Source: a virus
Taxonomy: Duplodnaviria > Caudoviricetes
Virus record (IMG/VR): IMGVR_UViG_3300044500_000026
Location: 1 to 53,623 of that record
Length of the DNA: 53,623 nucleotides
Strand: one strand, 5' to 3'
The notes beneath the pieces are model-generated. The model searched no databases and was not told the origin of the DNA. It saw only the letters and a program-made list of their open reading frames with translations. Below are positions 9,010 to 18,631 of the stretch, piece after piece (position 1 is the first letter of the stretch; the number at the start of each line of letters is the position of its first letter). A program made the translations under genes and the position numbers.

Positions 9010-9927
9010 CTACTGCCCTTGGCCGCCGACCCAGCCGATCCATGAGGACCAGCCTTGGGAGTGACGATGAGTGGCCTTGGTCTTCCCGTTCCCCGTATCG
9101 AAGTCCATGTCGGACTCGATCCGCATTTCTCTCCGGTTGAAGAGGTTCGGACCACAGAATCCGTTGGGCTTCGAACCGACGAACCAGGTATCCGCATCCA
9201 CCAAATACTTGGACATCGCAGGCTCCAAGTAACCGTGAAGCGGGTTGATCGAACGGTTCGCCGTATCGGGCTTGTCAGGAGACCCGATGATCTCCGAGAC
9301 GAGCCAGAGGAGCTCGGGTGGATGGAGCAACATCGCAGGCTCGATCTCGATCGGATTGTTCCGCTGATCCCGCATGTCATGGAAGATGTTGATCGCTGCT
9401 TCCAGGGCGAGAATCGAGAGGTCGGATTCCTGCAAGTTGTCGAAGGTCCCACCCTCGATCAGGGGATGAGCGTTGTTGAAGACCGACACCCCGTCAGGAG
9501 TCGTCTCTCCAGTCTGCCCAGCACCTGCTGCGAAGGCGAGGTTCCAGACCTGCCAGACGGTCAGGTTCTTGGTCGTCCGCATGGCACGCCCAAGCGCCTT
9601 GGCCCCCTGCCGCATCTTACCGTCGATATCGTCTTCCAGGGTCTCTTCCGAGATCTGGAAGCCGGTACCGTACTTCGAATGCGTGTAAATCTTGTCATAC
9701 TCCTGGAGCTGGATATCGTAGGTCACACCTTCGCCTTCAGGAATCAGTCCTGCCAGCCCGAAGCCCGTGATCCCCGTATCCTGCTCCCGCATCCGATCCG
9801 AACCGTGAACGTTGAAGCACTTCCGGAACATGTCATCAGGCTCGCCGTACTCCTCGTAGGAGACCATCCGCATGTAGGGCAAGCGCTCGAAGAACAGGTC
9901 CGAGAAGTGAGTACGCATCATTGGCAT
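9010..9927 (-). CDS. Major capsid protein (HK97 fold, Mu gpT-like family)
   Basis: EQDTGITGFGLAGLIPEGEGVTYD...YTHSKYGTGFQISEETLEDD...PDGVSVFNNAHPL...DFDTGNGKTK; strong AAGGAG RBS. Confidence 0.9.
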   Translation of the reverse strand: MPMMRTHFSDLFFERLPYMRMVSYEEYGEPDDMFRKCFNVHGSDRMREQDTGITGFGLAGLIPEGEGVTYDIQLQEYDKIYTHSKYGTGFQISEETLEDDIDGKMRQGAKALGRAMRTTKNLTVWQVWNLAFAAGAGQTGETTPDGVSVFNNAHPLIEGGTFDNLQESDLSILALEAAINIFHDMRDQRNNPIEIEPAMLLHPPELLWLVSEIIGSPDKPDTANRSINPLHGYLEPAMSKYLVDADTWFVGSKPNGFCGPNLFNRREMRIESDMDFDTGNGKTKATHRHSQGWSSWIGWVGGQGQ

Positions 9928-9945
9928 CGCACGTTCTCCTTCTCG

Positions 9946-10491
9946 TTAGATCGTCGTCGAGTGCTTACTGAACACATGGAGATGCGGCTGGAACTTGACG
10001 ACGAGACCCAGCCAGGAGGCTGAGAACTCATCCTTGTCGATCCGCCGAGACACCGCCACACACCGCACCTGACGCAGGGTAGTCGCTGCAGCACCCGTAC
10101 CCGTGACCTCGCAGATCGCTCGGCGAGTAGTCGAGTTATAGGTATTGAAGTTCAAGAGCGTGAAGTTAGCTCCAATGCAGTCGGCAACCGTAGCGATTGC
10201 TCCTGCACCATCGGCTACCTGGATCTCGAACTCCTGCTCTGGATCACAGAAGACATTCACCTTACGATTAGTGCCAGTACGCGAGACGAAGTTCGCAGCG
10301 ACTCCAAGGATGTTCGTCCCTGTCGTTGCCCGAATCCGCTCTGCCGTCCCGCCAGCTGAGAGCTGGACTGGGCCACCAAGCCCGATAGCCGAGATGTAGT
10401 TATCGGCTACCGTGTACTCCCGCATTCTGGGAGTCGAGTCCCCACCCGTCCACGGACGGGGCCAGAGACCCACTGGGGCATCTGTATTCAC
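9946..10491 (-). CDS. Capsid cement / decoration protein
   Basis: NTDAPVGLWP...VFCDPEQEFEIQ...IGAN; family commonly found just upstream of gpT-like capsid genes. Confidence 0.65.
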   Translation of the reverse strand: MNTDAPVGLWPRPWTGGDSTPRMREYTVADNYISAIGLGGPVQLSAGGTAERIRATTGTNILGVAANFVSRTGTNRKVNVFCDPEQEFEIQVADGAGAIATVADCIGANFTLLNFNTYNSTTRRAICEVTGTGAAATTLRQVRCVAVSRRIDKDEFSASWLGLVVKFQPHLHVFSKHSTTI

Positions 10492-10502
10492 CGTCGTCCC
10501 CC

Positions 10503-10955
10503 CTATCGGTTCTTCCCGTGCTTGAAGGCAGCAGGAGTAGCTTCCAGGGTGTCATCCTTCCCCTGGATCTTCTGCAGCTCTTCAGCCACGAGATTGCGAC
10601 CCTTAGACAGCTCGCGCGTGAGACGAGTTGACCGGTGGTAGTTCCGCCGCTGACGCTTCTCGACCTCTTCCTCTGACTTGACGCAGAGAACGAGGTCTCC
10701 CCGGCGGACAAGGTTGTCCCCTTGGATATCGAGGTCGAGCGGTACTTCCGAGAGGTGGGACTTGAGTTCTTCAAAGTCGGAGTCCGTCTTCCGCACTGGG
10801 CGAAGCTGACCCCAACCTTTACGCTCACTACGCCATTTGAGATTGGCCCAGTAGAGCTGACGTCCCTTGGGATGGGACTTGAAGTCTAACGGATTGACGT
10901 CCTGGTAACGCTCGTCCTCCAGGACTTCGACTGATGCCATGCCGAGGAACTCCAT
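10503..10955 (-). CDS. Conserved head-module protein
   Basis: 150 aa between scaffold and cement; YWAN...RKGW...VRRGDLVLCVK pattern. Confidence 0.55.
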   Translation of the reverse strand: MEFLGMASVEVLEDERYQDVNPLDFKSHPKGRQLYWANLKWRSERKGWGQLRPVRKTDSDFEELKSHLSEVPLDLDIQGDNLVRRGDLVLCVKSEEEVEKRQRRNYHRSTRLTRELSKGRNLVAEELQKIQGKDDTLEATPAAFKHGKNR

Positions 10956-10972
10956 TCCCCCGGCGGAGAGAA

Positions 10973-11824
10973 CTAGTCTTCGTCCGGCTTCGGATAACCG
11001 CCGATCAGGGCCTTCTGGTCGCTCTCTCGGAACTTGAGGAACTTAGCCCTCTGCTTCTCGTCCGAGAGGTTCACCCCAAAGCGACGAGCGATCTCGTGGT
11101 CTTTCTTCGAGAGTCCCGAGGTCGGGTCCGAAGCCTTGGGCTTCGTCACCCCACCCTCCACCTTGGTTGTCGCTGCGACCTTTCTCGTCCCATTCTCGAC
11201 GGCTTTCTTCCTCGTGTCCTTCATGCCTTGGTCCCTCAGCTCAGGTCGTCTCTCAGCAGCGAGCTTCGCTGCGAGCCTTGGCAAGCCAGGTCCCTGGTTT
11301 CCCTCAGCAAGAAGGAGTTGATACTCCTCTTCCACGATCGAGTAGAAGGGATGGCTTGTGTTCTTGAGCTCAGGGAAGTCCTTGAGCAGAAGGTCACGAG
11401 ATTCACGGACTCGAGTCTCCTGGGCAGACTTCTGAGCCTCTTCGCGAGCAATGACCCTTGCCTCTTCCTGCGCCGTCTCACGAATGACCCGGAGCGGGTC
11501 GGTGGCAAGAGCAGCTCGCTGCTTGACCGGATCTGACTTGTCGTCCGCCTGAGTTTTGGACGCTCGGAACTCAGCCATGAAGCTATCGAGCTTGCTTGCA
11601 TTCTCCCGAGCTGTTTTCTCGGCTGCGCGGGCAATACGATAGACATCATCCCTGAAGTCCTTACGTCTTTCCTGCGGAGTCTCGTCCTCGGCACCATCTT
11701 GGCCTTCCTGCTCTTCCTGAGCTTCAGGCTCGGGGGAGGGGTCCCCGGTTTCTCCCTCGGATGGGGCTTCGGTCTCCTGACCCGCCTCAACTTCCTTGTC
11801 TTCTGGCATCTCATCCTTCTTCAC
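10973..11824 (-). CDS. Capsid scaffolding protein
   Basis: Acidic disordered N-terminus, coiled-coil core, DFPEL and a C-terminal LSKKDHEIARRFGV motif; upstream of the capsid genes; start may be ATG 11809. Confidence 0.7.
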   Translation of the reverse strand: MKKDEMPEDKEVEAGQETEAPSEGETGDPSPEPEAQEEQEGQDGAEDETPQERRKDFRDDVYRIARAAEKTARENASKLDSFMAEFRASKTQADDKSDPVKQRAALATDPLRVIRETAQEEARVIAREEAQKSAQETRVRESRDLLLKDFPELKNTSHPFYSIVEEEYQLLLAEGNQGPGLPRLAAKLAAERRPELRDQGMKDTRKKAVENGTRKVAATTKVEGGVTKPKASDPTSGLSKKDHEIARRFGVNLSDEKQRAKFLKFRESDQKALIGGYPKPDED

Positions 11825-11881
11825 TCGGTCTATCGCGCCGAGGAGGCGTGAAAGGTGATTGCGGCCTTACTACACCTTGGG

Positions 11882-12703
11882 CTAGTTATCTGTCAAGCCC
11901 TCTTTCTTTTGGGACGTTTCCCCGAGGCTATTACCCCGAAGAGTCCCCGCTGCTTCTTCGAGAGCTTCCGCCCGTTCGCCACTCCCTCCTCCAGCATCTT
12001 CTTGGCTTTGGCTCGTGATGGCCCCTTCTTCGACATAGCTTACCCCTCCGCCTGGCTTAGCCATCCAGATCCCTGGTCGTCCCTGGTAAGACTGGATCGC
12101 TGCCGGCAACTGTTCATTCCCGATCCGACGTAGCTCCAGGTACGCCTCATCTCCGAGCTTCCTAGCAGACCCACCCCACTCATGCCACACGAAGGCTCCT
12201 ACCGCCCAGGCAGACATCCACCCTGCGAGCTGGAGGCGATAGACGAGATCGAGATCCCCACCGTAGAACTTGAAGTCTTCTCTCCAGCCACCGATTTGCT
12301 TGAGCGCCTCCGTGCGATAGAGAGCACAGAAGCCAGGGATTAAGACCTGAGGCACCCAACTACCCCGAGCAAGCCCCACGACCTCAGGATGACGATTGGC
12401 CTGTTCGTTGTAGCAATGGTCAGTAGAAGGACCCACCGCAGCCATTCGAGGATGTGTGTGCTCCATGACCATCAATAGCTCACTCAGCCATCCAGCCTCA
12501 GGCTTCGTGTCTGGATTGAGTACCATGAAGTAATCAGCCTGGCAATTCTCCAACCAACGATTCCAAATCGTATGGATATTCTCGTTCATATGAGAATTGT
12601 CATACACCGTTAGATGAAGCCCTGCTCCCCTAATCCTATCCTGAAGCGAATTAGCTTGTTCAAAGTTCTTGTAGGCAATAATAACCCCAGAGATGCTGCT
12701 CAT
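11882..12703 (-). CDS. Glycosyltransferase family 2 (WbbL-like)
   Basis: VYDN...DYFMVLNPDT...GFCALYRTEALKQIGGW...FYGGDLDLVYRLQLAGW...VWHEWGGS. Confidence 0.85.
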   Translation of the reverse strand: MSSISGVIIAYKNFEQANSLQDRIRGAGLHLTVYDNSHMNENIHTIWNRWLENCQADYFMVLNPDTKPEAGWLSELLMVMEHTHPRMAAVGPSTDHCYNEQANRHPEVVGLARGSWVPQVLIPGFCALYRTEALKQIGGWREDFKFYGGDLDLVYRLQLAGWMSAWAVGAFVWHEWGGSARKLGDEAYLELRRIGNEQLPAAIQSYQGRPGIWMAKPGGGVSYVEEGAITSQSQEDAGGGSGERAEALEEAAGTLRGNSLGETSQKKEGLTDN

Positions 12704-13485
12704 GAGTTCTCACTCCACGGTTGCTGTGCCAAAGGATGAATCACCGAGTAACGCACGGAGGGGAAGAGATAGACCTTGAAGCCTTTCTCCCGAGCACTCT
12801 GGCAGAAGCTCGAGGCTTCACTGTGACCTTCCCCAGCGATTGAGAACCTAACCCCTGCTTGGATCACCGCCCCTGAGATCAAGCAGAAGCAGTTGAAGGT
12901 CGAGGAGACCTCGAGTGGCTGACCTCGAAGGATAGAGAGCCTATCTTCTGGGGTATTAGCAGGCGGCCAAGCCCACTGATACTTCGTTCCTGCCATGTCT
13001 CTCGTCGAGAGTGGATCGTAGAACGAGAACAGGTTATGAGCATGAGAGAAGGAGAGTGGTGAACGGATATCTCCTGGTCCATCCTGTAAGAGATAGAGCA
13101 AGGTCTGCGGATTGTAGACGATGTCGGGCTCCAAGAAGAGCACCCAGTCTTCCCCGTCATAAGCTTCGAGAGTTCGGTTCCGCATCTCGGCATAGAGCTG
13201 CAGACGCTCAGGTCCCTTATCCGCCGGAAGAGATCTGTACCGAGGCTTGCCTAACGTCTCGCAGATGATCGTGTTCTTCTCGTGACGAGCCCGTCCCCAT
13301 TCTGTCAGCCGAGAAGCCGTATTGTCCTTCGAGTCATTCTCATAGAACGAGAAGCTCAAGCTCCCATAGTGCCGAAGCTCAAGGATGTTCAAGAGGAAGT
13401 ACTTAAGCGGGCTTCCCAAGTTAGCCCAGTTGGGATGCTGCTCCATATCCCTCAAGGTTGAGCACACAAGGATGCGTGGGTTCAT
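12700..13485 (-). CDS. GT-A glycosyltransferase (Anp1/CAP59-like pattern)
   Basis: FYENDSKDNT...RLQLYAEMRNRTL...WVLFLEPDI...FYD...VSSTFNCFCLI...SFCQSAREKGFKVY. Confidence 0.75.
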   Translation of the reverse strand: MNPRILVCSTLRDMEQHPNWANLGSPLKYFLLNILELRHYGSLSFSFYENDSKDNTASRLTEWGRARHEKNTIICETLGKPRYRSLPADKGPERLQLYAEMRNRTLEAYDGEDWVLFLEPDIVYNPQTLLYLLQDGPGDIRSPLSFSHAHNLFSFYDPLSTRDMAGTKYQWAWPPANTPEDRLSILRGQPLEVSSTFNCFCLISGAVIQAGVRFSIAGEGHSEASSFCQSAREKGFKVYLFPSVRYSVIHPLAQQPWSENS

Positions 13486-13658
13486 GGCTTCCTCTTCTTG
13501 ATCTCGTCCACAATGAGCTCACGAAACCAGTCGTCCTCATCATGCTGAGGCCCCATAGCGATGAGAAGCTTGGCCAGCTCTGAAGTCGTCATGGTGTCTA
13601 GTGTCTTCCGATGAGCAGCCAAAATCTGCTCCTTGTTGTCTGCGCCTTCGATGTCCAT
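13482..13658 (-). CDS. 58-aa hypothetical protein inside the glycan cassette
   Basis: Hand translation MDIEGADNKEQILAAHRKTLDTMTTSELAKLLIAMGPQHDEDDWFRELIVDEIKKRKP; fills the gap, with an ATGA overlap at its end. Confidence 0.55.
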   Translation of the reverse strand: MDIEGADNKEQILAAHRKTLDTMTTSELAKLLIAMGPQHDEDDWFRELIVDEIKKRKP

Positions 13659-13660
13659 GT

Positions 13661-14329
13661 CTATTCCTTGGGCAGGATGGTGTAATTGAGGCCAGATCCT
13701 CGAAGCTCACCCGAGATCCTATACCCAATCTCTTCGATGAAGTTCAAGTAATCAGACCAGGTATGCCCTAGCTCCATCGAGAGCCCAGCTTCGTACTCGA
13801 AGATGATCGCTGGGCGGTCCTTCCTGATGGTCTCTTTGGCCCCCATCATCGCGTGGAGGTCAGCTCCCTGGATATCGATCTTCATGACGCTCACGGGCTC
13901 TCTGCGGAAGAGATCATCGATGATGATCGACTTTCCACACTTGCCCCACTTCTTCTTCTCGACCCTGAGCGCACCCAAAGACTCATAAGTCGAGTCCGTT
14001 TGCATTCCGAACTCTTCTCCTCGAGTACTCCAGACAGGAGCACCTATTGCTGTGATGTTCGTCCCCTTGGAGTTCACAGCCAAGCACTGGAAGATCGTGG
14101 GATTGCACTCGAAGGCAATGACCTTTCGACATAAGGGAGAGGCCATGACGGACATCTGCCCGAAGAAGGCTCCCACGTCGTAGAAGACCTTATGCGGATA
14201 GAGGTGTCCCTTGATCCAGGTCCAGACCTCTTCATCCCAAATCTTACCCTGAGAAACGACGTTCGTGATCGGATCGTCCTTCGGCATCCGATAGGTTCCT
14301 GTCGGAGTATCGAGAACGACGTAGTTCAT
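13661..14329 (-). CDS. FkbM-family SAM-dependent methyltransferase
   Basis: Start moved to ATG 14329 (ATGA overlap); FYDVGAFFG, VIAFECNP, MKIDIQGAD, RPAIIFEY motifs. Confidence 0.85.
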   Translation of the reverse strand: MNYVVLDTPTGTYRMPKDDPITNVVSQGKIWDEEVWTWIKGHLYPHKVFYDVGAFFGQMSVMASPLCRKVIAFECNPTIFQCLAVNSKGTNITAIGAPVWSTRGEEFGMQTDSTYESLGALRVEKKKWGKCGKSIIIDDLFRREPVSVMKIDIQGADLHAMMGAKETIRKDRPAIIFEYEAGLSMELGHTWSDYLNFIEEIGYRISGELRGSGLNYTILPKE

Positions 14330-14955
14330 GGGTCGAGTGTCTTCTCTTCTTCTGGAGGAGCCGCAAGCACGGGAGGAATGATCTCCAAGCACACGACTCC
14401 TGCCGCGTCCGATGCCCCACAGGACGCATAGGGACGATGCTCAAGGAACTCAGCTGAACATTCTGCCCAACCCTCTGGGCCATAGGCGAAGTAGACAGCA
14501 GTGTGCGCTTCCACCCCAGCCCGGGAGAGAAGGAAAGAAAGAAGTCCCTTGTCATACTGAAAACCCCAAGGCATTGCTTGCATAAGGCCAAAAGGCATCG
14601 TTACGAGAACCTTTTTCCCAATGCGGCACATGTTACGAAGCGCAGCCCAAGGAATGATCGAGATGTGCTCCAAGGTCGAGATACAGGTCACGACGTCATA
14701 GCTCTTGTCCGGCAAAGAGACATCACGCATATCAGCCAGGATGTGTGCCCCAGGCATAGAATCCAAGGTCGTGTACCGACACCCGAGCCTCCGCGTGATA
14801 CTGAAGACAAACTCAGGGTAGCCCGACATAATGGGTGGTGCCACCGTGCCGACATCCAAGATCGAGGTCTGAGGCTCGAGCTGAGTCAAAGCCCAGCTGT
14901 ACTCCACGATGCGTTCATTCCCATGTTTTCCAGGAGGCAGCTCTAAAGGCTTCAT
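14326..14955 (-). CDS. Class I SAM-dependent methyltransferase (DUF268/Methyltransf_11-like)
   Basis: ERIVEYSWAL, SILDVGT, SYDVVTCISTLEHI, VTMPFG. Confidence 0.8.
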   Translation of the reverse strand: MKPLELPPGKHGNERIVEYSWALTQLEPQTSILDVGTVAPPIMSGYPEFVFSITRRLGCRYTTLDSMPGAHILADMRDVSLPDKSYDVVTCISTLEHISIIPWAALRNMCRIGKKVLVTMPFGLMQAMPWGFQYDKGLLSFLLSRAGVEAHTAVYFAYGPEGWAECSAEFLEHRPYASCGASDAAGVVCLEIIPPVLAAPPEEEKTLDP

Positions 14956-16202
14956 TCCCCTACCTCTCGCTTGAAGTTTGCAATCTCGACTTCCCAGTTC
15001 GCTAGGTTGATCTTTCGGAAGGAAGGGAGTGCGGCAATGATCTCTCCTCCCTCCTCCAGAAACTTCAACTGTCTCCCCACTATCTCAGGAAGAAAATGCC
15101 AAGGCATAACGAGCTTCACCTGGTCAAAGCCCTTATCCCCATCTTCGCTCCAAATGGGTATCCCTGTGCCCAAAGTCACATGCCCATGCTTACTCAGATC
15201 TCTTTCCCAAGCCAATCGAGCCAACCCCATATGAAGACCCGCTTCTTGAAGGAAAACGTTGCCCTTCGTAGAAGCGCCAAGAAGAGCTGCACTCTTTCGT
15301 GCAATCTGCGCTTGAAGTAGATGCTCGTATGTCTGCTCACAGGACTGCTGCACACGCTCGTTGAAGATGAACCAAGGTGGAGTCGTAGCTTCCTCGTGCA
15401 TGATCTCAACACTCAAATTGATCCCAGGCTCTTGATTCGCTGCATGGGCCAAGTAGAGCCTGAGAGAAGCCCCATTCAAGCTACTCCGAGAGTAGTTCGT
15501 GACGCGAAGCCCACTGGACTCGATCAAGTGCTCCAAGCTCTCCATCGAGAAGTAGAGAAGATGCTCATGACAAATGGTATCGAAGGCTCCCATCTTCATG
15601 AGCCTCGGCCAGTCCGCTACTTCGATACAGATGAGCCCGTCTTCTCTCAAGTGATGCTTCGCGTTCATCAAGAAGGTCTTGGGATCATCCAGGTCGTAGA
15701 ACATAGCGATTGCTGTAATCAGCTTCGCCTTGGGCCAGGAGTACCTCTGGGGCGGGAAGAACTCCTTCCTGACCAGGATCCCGCGTGGGATTTCATCCGC
15801 CATCTGTGAGGGCTCGAAGGCTGCTCTCGTGTACTCTTGAGAGAAGTACCCAAGCAGAGTGCCGTCGTTGGCCCCGATGTCGAGGATTAGATCCCCTGAC
15901 TGAAGATTGGCGTACTTCGTAGCTTCTTCCGCTAACGCCTTCAAGTGCTCACGCATGGTGTTCGAGATAGAGCTTCGGTACCAATAGTTCCGAAAGAGGA
16001 GATCTCGATCGACCGTATGCCCGAGCTGCACGAGCCTGCACTCAGGACACTCGTAGAGATCCAGCGGGAAACGCTTGGTCGTGGGCACAGGCTCCCTGCC
16101 CACGAAGTAAGTCGCGATGAACTGAGGCTTCAGCTGGAACACTGGAGTCAGCTCAAAGAAGGCGTAGCCACAGCTCCGACAGTGCTCAGTCGTGGTCAGC
16201 AT
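14952..16202 (-). CDS. NDP-sugar C-methyltransferase-like protein (Zn ribbon + SAM domain + C-terminal domain)
   Basis: CRSCG...CPECRLVQL, YWYRSS, LDIGANDGTL, FDTICHEHLLYFS, GASTKGNVFLQ, PWHF: same architecture as TylCIII/EryBIII/TcaB9-type sugar C-methyltransferases. Confidence 0.85.
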   Translation of the reverse strand: MLTTTEHCRSCGYAFFELTPVFQLKPQFIATYFVGREPVPTTKRFPLDLYECPECRLVQLGHTVDRDLLFRNYWYRSSISNTMREHLKALAEEATKYANLQSGDLILDIGANDGTLLGYFSQEYTRAAFEPSQMADEIPRGILVRKEFFPPQRYSWPKAKLITAIAMFYDLDDPKTFLMNAKHHLREDGLICIEVADWPRLMKMGAFDTICHEHLLYFSMESLEHLIESSGLRVTNYSRSSLNGASLRLYLAHAANQEPGINLSVEIMHEEATTPPWFIFNERVQQSCEQTYEHLLQAQIARKSAALLGASTKGNVFLQEAGLHMGLARLAWERDLSKHGHVTLGTGIPIWSEDGDKGFDQVKLVMPWHFLPEIVGRQLKFLEEGGEIIAALPSFRKINLANWEVEIANFKREVGE

Positions 16203-16527
16203 CTTTGAACTCCAAGTTGGCGATGTCCTCAGCCGTCACCCCTTCATAGGGAATCGGGATATTCCCCCCACCCTTGACCTTGGACTTCATCCCAGGCTCG
16301 AGCAGCATCCACAAGGAAAGCTTCTCCGCGCGCTTGAGCCCACGGAACTCACCCAGTACGCCTTCGTCCTTCGAGTCTAGATACGCTTGGAGCGTCTCAG
16401 CTTGAGCCCAGTGGAGACGCCTGAGGATGATTCCCCAACCTGGGGTCTCGTGCGTCCGCTTGACTTCGTCAGCTTCACTTGCCGTTAGATCGTGAAACGG
16501 CTTGTCGCTCGGCTCGTCGGTCTTCAC
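16186..16527 (-). CDS. Small portal-adjacent protein
   Basis: 113 aa; TPGWGIILRRL...GEFRGL pattern common right after podovirus portal genes. Confidence 0.55.
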   Translation of the reverse strand: MKTDEPSDKPFHDLTASEADEVKRTHETPGWGIILRRLHWAQAETLQAYLDSKDEGVLGEFRGLKRAEKLSLWMLLEPGMKSKVKGGGNIPIPYEGVTAEDIANLEFKDADHD

Positions 16528-18631
16528 CGTGCTCCTTCATGGCGGTCTCGAGCAATCCAGCTTCGATCTCCTGTGACTGCATCTCTTGGGCAGCTTGACG
16601 ATCGGCTTGTTCTTTTTGCTGCATGCCCTCAATGCGAGCCTGTTGGACTTCGTTCGCTGTCTTGACGAGCACGTCCACCGGTGGGAGGAGGAAGCTCGCG
16701 TCCTTGCCGGGGAGGAACTCCCGAGCAAAGAACTCGGCTAGAACGTACTGAGCCCGGATGATGGGCTCAGGCATCTCCACGACTAACCCCGTGAAGATCG
16801 GATTCGTGGACAAGGTTGAGTATATGATCTGGGCGATCTGCTGCTTGACCTGAGTGTTCGTATTCGCCGTGTTACCCGAGAAGTAGAACCGAACACGGTC
16901 TTTCAGATCATCTCGGGTAATGGTCGTGGGCGAGGTCTCACCCAAGATGAAGAAGTCCATCTCCGGCGGCATGAACTGACGGTTCAACGCATCCAGCTGG
17001 TGGATGAGTTCCTCCATCGAGATGAACTGTACGTTCAGGACGTGCGTATCGATCAGGATGTTGGATTCAGAGATGAGAGCCAGAGTGCCGCGAGCAGTCC
17101 TTGGTGCATTGGGCCTATTTGGTTGAACTCCTGAAGAGATATCTCCAACACCTGCGAGTTGTTCTGCGAACGCATAGAGGGACTGGAGAATGGGAAACTC
17201 GTTCCCTGCGTTCTTGCTCCACTCAAGAGGCTTGATCCGATCCACATTCCGAACTGGAATTGCACTGCCTGGCGGTAATTGCTTGACGACATTGGGTGAG
17301 ATTCCTGCGTTGTGCTCAACGAGCATGTAGGGTGCATTGGTAAGGTTCCCTCGATCGTTCATCTGGTTGAACAAAGTAGCCGCTTCAGCCTGGATCTGCT
17401 CCTCGAGCTCTGCGAGTCCTAGAGAGTAGAACCTACCGGTAACAGGAATGAAGTGGAAGTCGATGACAGGGCGTCTATCATGCCCGTAGCGCACCGTCGA
17501 GTAGTCCCAGGTGGCGAGCTTCTTGAGTGCTGGGATCCAGATGAAGTCCATCTCTTCATCCAACGAATCCCCATTCACATCCCAGGGATGGAAGAACTCG
17601 ACACAGAGGACCTTCTTCTCTTTGACACCTGAGAGCCCGTTCGTGAAGTCGATCCCTTGGTAGTCATCCAAGACTTCATCGGTCTCATGCACATCTCTCG
17701 GGGTGGACTCGTCCCTGCCCTCTACGATCGAGTCGAGGCGATCACAGTCCACTTCGGTCAGGTTGTGATACTCCTTGGTCATCTTCTTACGGCGGATCTG
17801 GTTCGGATAGCTCCAGAAAAGTCGAGCGAGATGGTGACAGTCGTCTCGCTGCGTCGTCGTAGCATTGGCCGGTACCACGATATCTTCAGTCGGTAGGTTC
17901 TTGATCTTCATCTGGTCCACGATGAACTCCCGTTCGATCGTGACCGAGATCTCCGTCTCTCGTACGTTCGGGTCTTCTTTATCAACCGTGACGAAGCTTT
18001 CGAACTCGTAGCCGTCATCCACATGCGTGACCTTGTACCGATGGTCTCCCATGGGAACCGCTGAGCGGACTTCGTCCAGGACCTCTTCGATCACCTCTTG
18101 ATCCGTCTTCTCGAGGTTGGCTCGTCCAAGCATCATCCCCAGTTCGCTCGGAAGCTCTCGGGGCACGATCTTCCATTCGGGTAAGAGCTCCCGCTTGCGC
18201 TCGAACCAAAGCATGACGAACGAGGTCCCCTGGACCACCATCTCCAAGGTCGCGGTATTCAATTCACGATAGAAGTTCCGAATGTCGTTACGGATCTGCC
18301 AGTTCAAGAACTTCTCACGAACTCGTGCCGCATCTCGGTTCTTGGTGTTGACGGGGATCACATGCACCAAGGGATCGGCGTTGAAGAGTGAACCAATGAT
18401 CCGCGAATGCAATGCTCTCGCTGCCTTGGCAATCAGGGGCGGAGTGATGTTACTAGCCCCTTCCCAAGGCGTGTCCTTGATCCCATCCCGAGACGTCAAC
18501 CAGTCTTCGAGGGAGCGGACTCGCTTGGCAACCCACTCCTCACGATCGGAGAGATCGTCATCCATGGCCTCATAGAGCACTTCTACGATCTCGTCTTGGA
18601 CTTCCTTGGAGAGCGGAGGGCGGCGGGGCAC
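16475..18631 (-). CDS. Portal protein (P22-like)
   Basis: 718 aa; PWEGASNI, GRFYSLGLAE, NQMNDR, AGVGDISSG, RTARG and a Q-rich coiled C-terminus; downstream of terminase. Confidence 0.9.
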   Translation of the reverse strand: MPRRPPLSKEVQDEIVEVLYEAMDDDLSDREEWVAKRVRSLEDWLTSRDGIKDTPWEGASNITPPLIAKAARALHSRIIGSLFNADPLVHVIPVNTKNRDAARVREKFLNWQIRNDIRNFYRELNTATLEMVVQGTSFVMLWFERKRELLPEWKIVPRELPSELGMMLGRANLEKTDQEVIEEVLDEVRSAVPMGDHRYKVTHVDDGYEFESFVTVDKEDPNVRETEISVTIEREFIVDQMKIKNLPTEDIVVPANATTTQRDDCHHLARLFWSYPNQIRRKKMTKEYHNLTEVDCDRLDSIVEGRDESTPRDVHETDEVLDDYQGIDFTNGLSGVKEKKVLCVEFFHPWDVNGDSLDEEMDFIWIPALKKLATWDYSTVRYGHDRRPVIDFHFIPVTGRFYSLGLAELEEQIQAEAATLFNQMNDRGNLTNAPYMLVEHNAGISPNVVKQLPPGSAIPVRNVDRIKPLEWSKNAGNEFPILQSLYAFAEQLAGVGDISSGVQPNRPNAPRTARGTLALISESNILIDTHVLNVQFISMEELIHQLDALNRQFMPPEMDFFILGETSPTTITRDDLKDRVRFYFSGNTANTNTQVKQQIAQIIYSTLSTNPIFTGLVVEMPEPIIRAQYVLAEFFAREFLPGKDASFLLPPVDVLVKTANEVQQARIEGMQQKEQADRQAAQEMQSQEIEAGLLETAMKEHGEDRRAERQAVSRSNGK

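Noticed and set aside
9055-10023. 322-aa plus-strand ORF antisense to the major capsid gene, and similar long antisense ORFs (33266-34174, 46956-47636, 41113-41781)
   Set aside because: Shadow frames expected from GC-rich codon bias; no recognisable motifs, and the opposite strand holds clear genes
13638-13658. Small ORF starting MDIEGAD, similar to the FkbM motif KIDIQGAD in the neighbouring gene
   Set aside because: Only seven residues, and the rest shows no methyltransferase pattern; probably chance
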